Below are positions 52,877-64,000 of a stretch of DNA of 64,000 nucleotides, in pieces. This stretch comes from Adineta vaga. Taxonomy: Eukaryota > Animalia > Rotifera. Both the position numbers and the translations under genes were made by a program. The notes beneath the pieces were generated by a model that was given only the letters and a program-made list of their open reading frames with translations, did not search any database and was not told where the DNA came from. Within the stretch, counting starts at the first letter, position 1, and the number at the start of each line of letters is the position of its first letter. The stretch covers positions 12,958,001 to 13,022,000 of the forward strand of contig CP075493.1 of the NCBI GenBank assembly GCA_021613535.1. The letters are read 5' to 3'.

Positions 52877-54043
52877 TTATTTATATAAAACAACAGCAAT
52901 GTTATCTACGTAACCATTGTTCAAACTTCCGAAAGAGAACTGTATTTTGACAAATACATGTAGAGAACGAGTACGGATCGGTACCAAACCTGTCGCACTT
53001 CGAAATACTAATTTTGTTTCATTTCCTCGATCATGAGCCAATATTGGCCCGATCTTAGTACGATTACCCAGCATGTTATTAGAATTATCTAAGAACATTA
53101 GAGATACTACGGCGTTATCATCCTGACCCAAAAAACCGCCGAGCCATGCGGAAAAATTGAATCGCATCGTTTGATTATCAATAATAAGATGATCAGCTGA
53201 AGTAGTTATATTAATAAATTGCCACATTGAAGTGATTGTTCCCTGTTGACCATAGAAATAACATTTTCCTCGATCGCTAAATCAAGAAAATATAAGAAAA
53301 ATAAAATGTATTATACTTCTAATACCTTGGTCCGGGATCAGTACTCTGCAGACTAAGCAGGTAACTTGCATTATAGATTACTTGAGTAATTGTTCCATTA
53401 TAATTCCATTTCGTTGGATGTGTTACATTTCCGCCAGTTTGACAAGTACCATTTTCAGCATCTCCATTTCTTACCAAGTTAGTATTCATTACTAGAAAAT
53501 CCAAAAGAATTTCGAAATTATTTGTAAAAAAAAAAGAAGATTGAATTTACTTGTTTCGTTTGAAATTGCTCCTATATTTAAAACAGCAACATTTGTTAAC
53601 TCATACTCAAAAATACAATCTACTTACCTTCCGTAGTTAGTGTTGTTTGACTAACGATTGGAGTAGACGAACATACATTCGTTGGCGCTAAAGAAAATAG
53701 TCTCATTGCGATATATCATGTCAATAAAAACTATCTTACCATGATCTTTTCGATAACAAATAACACTTGCTGAAATATTTCCTGATGATTGAATATAACC
53801 TGTTTGACATAGATCAATAAATGTTTTACAAAGTTTTTCATTATGATAGAATACAGCTGTTTGACAGTTATATTCATACACACATTCCCAAATACAAGAT
53901 TGAATCGATGCATCGAACGATAAGGAAACGTTTTTGATAAAACCACAAGAAAAATGCGATTCGAAAACTGAATTTCGATGAATTTGAACGGTAACGATTG
54001 CGTTGATGATTGGAAGAAAAAAACAAGCTGAAAAGTAGTGCAT
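52877..54043 (-). CDS. Secreted PAN/apple domain protein with a C-terminal jelly-roll/carbohydrate-binding-like domain, multi-exon
   Basis: Signal peptide and apple pattern SCIWEC...CQTAVF....C. Later exons encode NLVRNGDAE and FNFSAWLGG..QDD..NGYVDNI. Confidence 0.7.
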
Positions 54044-54419
54044 TCTCTAATTAATACAACAGAAAAAATAATGTTGACTTGACAGAAATGAATCAAACAG
54101 CTTTAACAAATTGTTTACCATCTCTAACGTTTCTTTTACAAAAGACAACATTGAAAGTTCCTGATTTATATTTTATGAAGTCAATATTTGAAGAAAAAAA
54201 TATGTATGTTCCCTTGGTTAAAAATAGTAGTCAACATTTTCCCCTTAAATCTATATTTGATTTACAAATATTAGTGCTACAAACGACGATTCTGTTTTCA
54301 TTGTAGCTATTCAATTGATAATATGAAATAAAATAGTTTTATGTTATCTAGTTTTTCTCACGAAGATATTAAAAAATCGGCCCATGAATAACATCAGTCG
54401 GTTTTTTGTTTTTAACCAT

Positions 54420-54520
54420 ATTATGTTGCTGTTACGGATTTAGATGGAGATGATATACTAGATATCGTTGTCGCCAATAATGGCACAGACAATGTACATG
54501 TTCTCTTACAGACTTGTTAG
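54420..54520 (+). pseudogene. Isolated final FG-GAP repeat remnant
   Basis: YVAVTDLDGDDILDIVVANNGTDNVHVLLQTC-stop followed by AATAAA. No upstream frame. Confidence 0.55.
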
Positions 54521-55239
54521 ATTTTTGCTACATATTTCGTTCATTTTATATGCTCATTAATAAATAGAATTCTTATACCGAATTCTCAATTATTTCAAAG
54601 ATTAATTTGTCTTAAAGAAATTTATAGATATTCATACGTAAAGTATCTTTTGCATAATTAGGTCATTCAATTTGAACAGATTTGATGACACATGTATAAA
54701 GTGAATCAATGATAGAAGAACGTCGTGTCGAATAAGTTCCAATGGAGGTGATAGTTACCTTTTCTCGTTCATAATCTGAGTACTGTAATAAGAGAAATGT
54801 GAGATCATTTTGTAAAAATTCAACGAGAAAAAGATATTTTTACTATCATAGTCGTGATTTATGGCAAGAAAACTTCATCGAAACAACACACAATAATACG
54901 CGAATGAATTCATTGAAAACTATCGATGAATTTCGATGCTATCTCAGAGTTTTGAAGTTTTCTAATCATTCTTGAGTTTGAATCGCGGCATATTTGCGAG
55001 ATTAATAATATTTGATTTTGTCATGAACATCAATATATGTGATGAACACATGACAAAGCTAATCAAGTTTGTCATGTCTTGTAGTGCGAAAGAAAGTAGG
55101 AAAGAAATGTAGAAATCTTAGTATTGAGTTTCTTAATAAATAGTCGGAAGAAAAAACTCGACATCCAAGAGTATTTTATTGTACTCATTAGATTGCAATC
55201 GATTTATAGATTAACAAGTCTAATTTTATTCTAGACAAT

Positions 55240-56319
55240 ATGGACAATAGCACAACGAGCGATACAACTAGCAGTCTTGTACGTATACTTAACAGTATTT
55301 CTATTTATGTAATGATTTGCGTTGGAATCTTTATTTTAATCGCTGGAAATATTGGATGTATTGGAAATATACTCGTATTTCGATCAGAAACATATCGTCG
55401 ACAAGCTTGTTTTATTTATTTATTTTTCGAAACAATTGCTAGTTTATTTATTCTTGATTGTATTCTTCTAACACGCATATTAGAAAGTGGTTTTCAAATA
55501 TCTTTAATGGATGCATCGGATGTATTTTGTAAAATTCGAGAATTTATTTCATTATTTATGTATCAGAATGAAAATACATTGTTTTTATTTGCAACCCTTG
55601 ACAGAATCTTGTCAGCACAACGTTCAGTCAGTAAGTATACCAATATCTGTTCTCACTTAAATTTTAAGTAGAATAATTAATCAATGATCGTTTTATTAGG
55701 ATTAAGACAATGGAGTAATCGAATTTCTTTTGCTTATAAAATAATCATAGTAAATGCTCTTGTCTGGATAGTGGTGACCAGTCATCGATTAATTTATTAT
55801 ACTAATGCCAATGGAATTTGTTGGTCTCAAGAAGGGATCTATATGGCTTTTGATACCTATTTGGATGTATCTCTTTCGGCGATAGGCTCACCTCTACTTG
55901 TCATCATACTTGCCACTCTACTTTGGCATACTGTTCGAAGTATAATCAGACGGCGTGCAAATCAAAATGGTCAAGTACAAAATCAACAGATCGATTTACA
56001 ATTAACCATCATGTTATTTCTACAATCAATTCTTGCTATTATTAATTATGTTCCATTTGGTGTTTATATTCTCTATTATATGTTTACTGATGGATGGATT
56101 AAATCACCTTTACGCATAGCTTGGGAACGATTAATCATTGGTTTTATTCGATTATCTTCATATTTATTTGCTGCTGGAACTTTTTATATATCCATGATTT
56201 CAAATCATAGTTTTCGAAAACAATTATTGAATTTTTTTGGAATAGGAAGAGCAACAATTCATCCTGTACTGACTACAAATACCGGCAACCATTTAACTAC
56301 ACGTACTTTTAATTCATAA
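55240..56319 (+). CDS. Orphan rhodopsin-like GPCR, 2 exons
   Basis: GNIGCIGNILVF, FCKIR, ATLDR and seven hydrophobic segments. Intron 55631-55699. Confidence 0.85.
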
Positions 56320-56431
56320 TTCATAATAGATGACACTGTAACATTTTATCTCCACGCATATACAATTGGTTGCTTTTTTCCTCTTCTTACATACACTCAC
56401 TTTCACAATCAATCGCAATAAATTTACTTGT

Positions 56432-57097
56432 ATGGCTAATCTACTTCGAACTAACGATGATACGTGTAATGAAGAAAAAGATTTTCATACTCTCTATCAA
56501 CTTCTTGTCGATTGGTATGGTACAACTAATCTTAATCGATCACTCTCTTCTACTCAATTAACCGAACAATGGACTACATTATGGTTTGCAAAACGTGAAC
56601 AGCAAAAATTAGCCGATCAAAAACTAATGAAATATCAATCTGCAATTGAAGATTTTCTTCATTTTCAACCGACAAAGCAAAAAGAAAAGATCGCAATGAT
56701 TATTCTTTACGATCAAATAACTCGAAATATCTTTCGAGGAACAGCAAATGCTTACAAATATGATGAGAAAGCTCGACACATTGCTTTATCATTGATCGAA
56801 ACTATGACTCTCTCTGACCTTCCCATTCAATTTCTGCTCACTATTCTCATCTGTTTAATTCATTCGGAACATATTGAACATGTCGAATTGGTTAGAAATA
56901 TCATTGAAAAACATATCGCGACAAACACATCGATTGATTCCAATCTTCTTCGATCATTAAATGGGATCGTCAAAAATCATCATGATCGTTTACTATTATT
57001 CGGACGAATTCCCGAAAGAAATCGTTTTATTAATCGAGAATCAACTCCAGCAGAAATCTCCTATATGCAAGCTGTACATACAGGAGACATATCGTAA
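56432..57097 (+). CDS. DUF924 family protein, bacterial/fungal type, intronless
   Basis: LWF, IILYDQITRNIFRGT..AY..D..A, HSE and H..LLLFGRIPERN..NRESTPAE. Confidence 0.85.
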   Translation: MANLLRTNDDTCNEEKDFHTLYQLLVDWYGTTNLNRSLSSTQLTEQWTTLWFAKREQQKLADQKLMKYQSAIEDFLHFQPTKQKEKIAMIILYDQITRNIFRGTANAYKYDEKARHIALSLIETMTLSDLPIQFLLTILICLIHSEHIEHVELVRNIIEKHIATNTSIDSNLLRSLNGIVKNHHDRLLLFGRIPERNRFINRESTPAEISYMQAVHTGDIS

Positions 57098-57472
57098 TCG
57101 AAACTGTTTGTTTCTAATACGATCGTAAGATCAAATAAATAAAACAAATTTCTACGACACACTTTCTCACTGCGAATGAAACAGAATTACAATCAGATCA
57201 AAAGATTATTCATCTTATTTCTATATACTTTCGATATTGAAAAGAATATTCAAATGTGTGTAAATATTCAGTTTATAATATATATGTACTTACCGGGAGA
57301 TTTCATCGATGTCGTATAAGAAAATATTGGATTAATGTTGCTCTATAGTTGCACAAGAAAAATATTTCTATTACTAATTCGAATTCTTTCACTTCACTGA
57401 TTTATAGATATATAAATATTAGGGCAATTCATAAAGAAAAGAAGAAAAAACAAACTACACCATTCACCAAAT

Positions 57473-59107
57473 ATGACAGATTCAGCCATTAAACATATAA
57501 CTACTATTTTTCCTGTTGATGCTGAAGCGTTAAAGCCAAATATTCAACCTTCTCGACGTCGTTCCATCATCCGAGAGTTCAGTCTCAACACTACTGCTCA
57601 TGGTATTCCTGGTATTGCACGAAGTAAAAGTATACCAAATCGCATCTTTTGGACTATTTCAACGTTAGTTTTTACTGGTATTCTTCTCTACTTCGTTATT
57701 GAATCAGTTAAAGGCTATTTCAGTTATCCCTCACAGACATTAATCAGTTCTTCTCAAGAATGGCCACTAGTGTTTCCAGCAGTAACTATCTGTAATTATT
57801 CTCCACTTCGTTTCGATCTTTTTATGAAACCATTTCTTAATTATACTAATTCATTGAATTTAACCAATTCAAATGATACAATTCGAATCACTCGTATACA
57901 AGCGTCATATATTCGTGATTTTTTTCAATATAAACTTAATCGAGGTGAATCATTAAATGAGTATTTCTTTTCTCTCAGTTCAATGCTCATTAGTTGTTTC
58001 TACAATGAATTAAAATGTTCCAAAGATGATTTTACACCATTTGTGTCATATCTCTACGGTCTTTGTTATACATTCAATGCGAAAAATAAAAAAATTAGAA
58101 ATGGAAGCTTATTTTTTAATTCTGATAATGGAGCGCTAGGTTTATTAAGTTTACAACTCTATACTCACAGTCATCAATATGTACCTTATCTCTCAGATGG
58201 TGCGTCAATAATATTTTCCACCTATATATCGAAAATGATTAGTTTTTACTTTTAATAGCGAGTGGTATTGTTGGTATGATTCATGATAATGCAGAAATAC
58301 CGTTGGCTTTTCAGAAGGAAAATGTTTTTGCACCTGGAAAAAAACATCGACTGAATTTCAGCAAAAGAAAGAATATGTTTCTTGGTCCACCATATACACA
58401 ATGTCGTCGTGATATTCCACCAATGTTACAATCAACATACCGTCTGGTTGGTGATACAGACTATGTTTATTCCGAGTTTCAGTACTTTTATGTCTGTCTA
58501 CAAACATATACGTGAGTATTCTGATCAGTCTCGTTTGTCATTTATTGCTTTTTCTTATAGATATGTTACATGTGGTTGTCTCAATCCAGACTTTTGGTCT
58601 ATCAAATATGTTGTCTTGAATAATAGTACTGAACCAATTACTACGGTGCCTCTGTGCAATCTAACTGATTCATGTTATAAAACAGCCATCGATCGATTTC
58701 AGTTGGATGAAGAACTTTATGATACTTATTGTCCGGGTCAAACGCCTATATGTTCGTCAACGAAGTTTGATACAAGAGTTTCTTTACTTTCAGCACCATC
58801 TCCGTGGATGATGGATTACATCGAAGAATTTGTAAACTCTTCGAATGTACCATTACCAAAGAATTGGGAAGAAACATGGCGAACAGAAATTCAGAATAGT
58901 TATGTTGCTATTGATGTGGCTTGTGAAGCAATCATAGTCGAGAGTACCGAACAATCAGCATCTCTTACTTTTGTAGATCTAATATCTAATATCGGTGGAC
59001 ATACAGGTCTGTGGATTGGCATCAGTTTTTTATCCTTGATGGAACTTATTGAAATGTTTTATCGTCTTCTTCGATATCATGGCTATTTATTACGACGAAG
59101 AATGTAA
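57473..59107 (+). CDS. DEG/ENaC amiloride-sensitive channel subunit, 3 exons
   Basis: FSLNTTAHGI, FPAVTICN, GLCYTFN, CGC and IGGHTGLWIGISFLSLMELIE. Introns 58200-58258 and 58512-58560. Confidence 0.92.
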
Positions 59108-59299
59108 GGCGAATATAATGTACACTTGTAACTAACTCATATTCATTACAAAATGAAAATGAAAAAGAACATTTTCACCGACATTTTTCTATATATTTCA
59201 CTCCTCCTCACACTCGCAGAGAATATCAATGGTGAATTATGTATTCTGTTCTTTAATTATCTCTGGATTGATTTGACGTTTTTGAAATCGACATAAGTT

Positions 59300-59900
59300 A
59301 ACAATGTGATTACTGTTAAACAACGAGTAATAATGACTAGTCCACTACAAAGAGAAATGAGAGACATTGTAGCTTCAATTGTACTATCAATACAATCTTG
59401 ATAATAAAAACACTGAAGTGTCAATTGCATTATTGTTCATTTTAAAGTTTTGGGGAATAAAAGTTGTGAATTAATGAAGTTACCAGTAAGTAAATGAGAC
59501 AGAGCATCAATTATTGCTTCGTTTGATGAACAACAAAGCGAAGCGAGAAGAAAAAACTAACCAGCAATAGATATACTCGATAAAGATATCAAGAATAGTC
59601 GTCATAATCAATAATAAACTATTTTGTCCCATATATTCGAATGAACATGTTTGAGGAGCACACGTTTTGTAATGGAACAGAAAAGAAATATTGTATGATC
59701 ATGAATCGAGCATCATTTGATTAATAATCCTTCTAATATCTTCATTGGGTAAATTGTGATTAGCATTCCAAGGAGGTGATTGAAATAACTGATTGTAAAA
59801 ACATTCAAAAGTTGATTTTAGCAAGGCTTCAACTGAATTACAATCGATAAAAAAGTTCGGAATAATGAAATTCCATTCACTGGTATGTGCCGTTAATAGA
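59300..59900 (-). pseudogene. Degraded remnant of the Cys-rich 2-TM module family
   Basis: CNSVEALLKSTFECFYNQ, IINQMML and VCSS fragments with broken frames. Confidence 0.55.
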
Positions 59901-60705
59901 TTAGGATATTGCTTAGAGCCGTATATCCTATACATGATGGAGATGGTACACAAGAATAAAAGAAAAACTTTTATTATGAGAACTTCACTCACATGTATGT
60001 CAATATAATTTTATTGAAGAGTTATCTCACCTCGATTTCAATAGATAATTCTAACTGTATTTCTTTTGATATATTTAATTTAAATTTATTGAAACAAAAT
60101 GTGATGTTCCATCATTCTATGAAAACCTCTTGAGACTATGTGTATATCTATTCTTTGATATTTATACCTATATTCTATAGCCGAAAGAAAATGACAAGAA
60201 CAGAAAAAATAATTATCTATCAAAACTGATTATACATTTCAAGTTTCTTTTCTCTTCTCAAGTGTTGCAAAGCAGCACATCTCATTACAGAAACTGTAGA
60301 TCTATAATGAAATCTTATTAAATTTTAATTATTTCTTTTTCTTTCTTCCGGTACATTAGCATTATACATCTTCATTCTTTTTCTTTTCTTCAGATAATGT
60401 AAAAGACAAAAATAAAAAAATTGGACTTTGTAACATACTTAATTTCTTCTTCATTACTAAAATACTTGAGCACAATTAAGCCTATGTATAGAATTTTGAT
60501 GAACATGTATGATTACAATTTTCTAACTCGATGGTTTTGTTCTACAGTTTATAGAATTATATTTCTTAATGAGATTCTAAGCCTATCTATGAATATGTTT
60601 TTTTTCTGTTCTGTTCTTCACGTATGAAACAGTTTGTATATAAAAGCAAGAAAATAATGTTCATTATTTCATCAAGAAACGTACGTTCTATAACATCAAC
60701 AAAGA

Positions 60706-61724
60706 TGAACTTTACTTCATTAGTAAATTCAACACAAAGTGATTCTGAAGAAACTTCAGAAAATCTTTTCATCAAACGAATTAAATTTGTTTTATTTATT
60801 TCATTTCAAATACCATCGATTTTGTGTCATTTATTTTTGATTTACCATCTTCTCACGAATCGAACTTTACGAGAAACTCTTCGAAATCATATTATTTTAT
60901 GTTTACTTATCATTAATTTCTGTTTAATTACTTTTGATTTATCAATTACATTGGATTTTCTCTATTATGGTTATATTCGAGAAAATACATGGAAAACTTG
61001 TCAAACATGGAATTTTCTCGATTCTTTTCTATCAAATTTATGTTCTTTCTTCATGATGTGGGCATCATTGGAACGTCATATACTTATATTTCATTCTCGT
61101 CAACTTCATAATACTCAATTTAAACGTTTACTTTTTCATTATTGTCCTTTAATTATCATTCTAATCTATACTCTTGTATTTTATATCATTGCCGTATTTT
61201 TTCATCCGACATGTTCGAATGAAACACATTTTCATACGGATGTCATGTTCTGTGGTAAAGCATGTTATGTTCATAACGATATAATTCTTTCAGCATTTGA
61301 TTTGATTGTTCATAAGATTTTATCATCATTTCTCATTTTTTTCTTTAGTTTTACTTTATTAATTCGGGTTATAATGAAAGTAATTGAAGGACATCATCCG
61401 ATTCGGTGGCATCGACGAAAAAAGATGATTATTCAATTTCTATTAGTTTCATTCATGTATTTTATCGGTACGTTACCATCAAGTTTTAGTGAACTTTTGC
61501 ATATATTAAGTAATCATCCACATGATGGACATGAAACTGAAGTACAAGAAGATGTATTTCTTTATTTATTTTATCTTACATCATTAATCTTACCTTTTCT
61601 TTGTTTACTAACTGTACCTGAAATTCTGACTAAATTAAGTGTTTTATTTCATTTTACAAGACCGAATGATATGAGAATTCAACCAATCAATGCTCGTCAA
61701 AATCGACTTCCAATTATTCAATAG
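60706..61724 (+). CDS. Orphan rhodopsin-like GPCR, intronless
   Basis: NHIILCLL, CQTWNF, MMWASLERHILIFH and seven hydrophobic segments. Likely ATG at 60706 (MNFTS). Confidence 0.85.
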
Positions 61725-63015
61725 TTTTCCGTATATTTGTTGTCTGAATTCACTTTCAATGTTTATAATTAATAAAAATATTTTACGAACCAATTACGCA
61801 GTATTAAATTCAAATTCATGCATTGATAAATAACTGATCAATAATATTCGAACATGATGAGATATAATGACAAGAATAAATCACGTCGTGCAGTAATTTG
61901 CTGAATAAGTCTGATTGTATGAATTAAACTATGATTTCCCTCTCGCACTTTTCTTAATGTATAATAATAGCATCCGCAGTTGTTGCATATAATGGAATAT
62001 GCATAAGCTAATATACCATTGAGACAAATACTTTTCAAATTTGTATATAATCAATTTGATAAAGATAATCATTCTGTAAATAAATAAATAGAATCACTAA
62101 GTAAAAGACCAGGAATTATGATGAGAAATTAAAGAAGCATAAACGATAGAATTTATTGTATTTCATTTCTATGTAATCTACTCTGATGAAAGCGTAATTT
62201 TAATCACCATCCAATAAGTTATATAAAATTCAAGATTCTTTAATTGAGAAAGATTGCTTTTTAAAATTTACTTTGAACTAACATTTTTCTTCACTATCAA
62301 TGATTACAAGATGCTTCAATTTGGATAGTTTTATGAAAATTTATGCAATCGACATTCATTGAGTAAAATTTTTACGCGAAGAATATCGTTCGATAAAATC
62401 TTTCATTCGTCCTGGAATATCATTATCATTAACAAGTTGTAATGATTTTTATTGTTGTGTATTCTATTCTTGAAATAATTGTTTAATTAACACCTGTAAT
62501 AATATCTTTCTTTCTACAGTAGTAAAGTTACTATCAACGATACTATAGTTTGTTCACATTAGAATTACAATATAAAAATTCTCAGTATTCGATTCATCCA
62601 TATCAATAAAACGGTATAAACTTATATATATAATTATTCAGTGAATATCGATATAATCATGGCCAGTATTTAGAACTAACGGTTCGATTTTTATTATCGG
62701 AAAATAGTATCAAAATAGATATCAATTATTTTCTTATTATATTTTTCCAACAAATACAATATGCCGTTGAGGACATACATTTGAAGATAATATTAATATA
62801 CAAATATATTTTCATTGCTCTTTTCTTGAAAGTATTTCCTTCAAAATGAGTACCTTTTATACTTTAAATGATATACTTTTTTCTTGCTCGCATGTTCGAT
62901 CGACAGCTCGATATAACAAATAATTTCAGAAATAAAATGATGCAGTTTTATTCATTTAAGTTCAATAAAATCAGTATTTTTTCAATGAAAAATTGTCCAT
63001 AAAAACGAATCAATA

Positions 63016-63929
63016 TCATTCAACGTCTATGTCAAATTTTTGTACTCGTCTATTGCCTTTGTCGAGAACATAAAGACTACCTATTCGATCGAAATAGATA
63101 CTCCAAGGATTTGCTAACTGATTTGATTGATTACCTTTTCCATTACCACCAACAACAACAGTACCTTCTGGTGCATCTTTCAACCAACGCATCACATGAT
63201 GATCGGATGATTCACATACATATATAGAACCCAAATGATCCACAAAAATTCCCGAAGGGATGCGTACAAATTTCGGATTTTTTTGTGATTCGTTATGTCG
63301 ATTAGCAACAGAAATACTTTTTTTGGCATCTTTTATCCATTTCATCACATTTTGATTTGAAGGATAGGATACATAGATCGATTGATCTGAGTCGACAAAA
63401 ACACTTCCAGGACCATGATTTAAAGAGATACCAGTTCCTTCTTTAATTACACCTGTCACTTCTACTCCATTGATTTCTCCTTCTCTCCAACGTCTTATCG
63501 CATTCGTCTGTGAGTCACTCACATAGAGATCACCATTTTCATTTATTGTTAAACAAGTACAACTGATATTGGGGATGATTACTTGTGGATGTTTATTTTG
63601 ATCACGAAACCATCGTACGACTCGTTTATTTCCCCTATCACAGATGGTAAGAGCGTTGTTCTTTTTATCGATAACTACACCTGTCGGACGCGTCAATTGA
63701 TCCGTTCGATTATCCATTCCATTTTTACCAGCTACAACTGTGCCATTACTTGCACCTTGTTTCCATTCGATAACACGATCATTATTCATGTCAGCAATAT
63801 ACATTGTTTGATTATCATCATCATCAATATATAAACCAAAAGGATTATCGAATTGATCCAATTGATTTCCTTTTCCATTTCCTCCAGCAATAGTTATTCC
63901 ATTTTGTTTCCATTTAGTTTTGCTATTAA
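63016..63929 (-). CDS. NHL-repeat beta-propeller protein (last exon; 5-prime end outside the window)
   Basis: Repeats GxGNQxNQL..P.G..D, YIAD..N.RV..W and VVAG. Splice acceptor near 63930. Confidence 0.88.
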
Positions 63930-64000
63930 CTAAAATAAAAGTAATTTGCTTTTCGGAAAACTAAAAACAAAATTTGTCAATTACGTAAGACTTTTGAATC

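Noticed and set aside
55048-55077. Inverted repeat ACATGACAAA...TTTGTCATGT upstream of a GPCR gene
   Set aside because: A single short palindrome in AT-rich DNA with no second copy seen.
61840-62520. Possible degraded GPCR or other coding remnant on the minus strand
   Set aside because: Too many stops and no motif I can support.
1-64000. tRNA, rRNA, or autonomous transposase/reverse transcriptase genes
   Set aside because: None recognised by eye. A tRNAscan/Infernal/RepeatMasker run would be needed to exclude them.

Overview
Eukaryotic, very AT-rich genomic DNA with short (mostly 45-70 nt) GT-AG introns. The gene mix is characteristic of a bdelloid rotifer (inference, no marker gene seen): expanded F-box/LRR, FG-GAP, NHL, ART-TPR and orphan GPCR families, plus genes of bacterial or fungal type. 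About 23 genes or near-intact genes and several pseudogene remnants can be supported. Core metazoan genes are a claudin-like tetraspan, an amine GPCR, a DEG/ENaC channel and orphan GPCRs. Probable foreign genes are DUF3825, a 2189-aa SIR2-NACHT protein, an AKR7-like reductase, a PTR2-type transporter, a GH27 galactosidase, a phage tail-collar fusion and DUF924. Four features stand out. (1) A 12-kb cluster encodes a tandem-LOTUS (OST-HTH) protein, two LRR proteins, DUF3825 (the domain that accompanies OST-HTH in bacteria) and a SIR2-NACHT NLR resembling bacterial antiphage STAND proteins. (2) A secreted protein with a toxin-like beta-hairpin is fused to a phage tail collar/fibre tip and is cleanly disrupted by a 1.1-kb foldback-type DNA element. 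(3) Two genes each concatenate exactly three 2-TM cysteine-rich modules. (4) A short dispersed GT/AC-rich hairpin repeat sits at gene breakpoints. All family calls come from motif recognition by eye; no searches were run.
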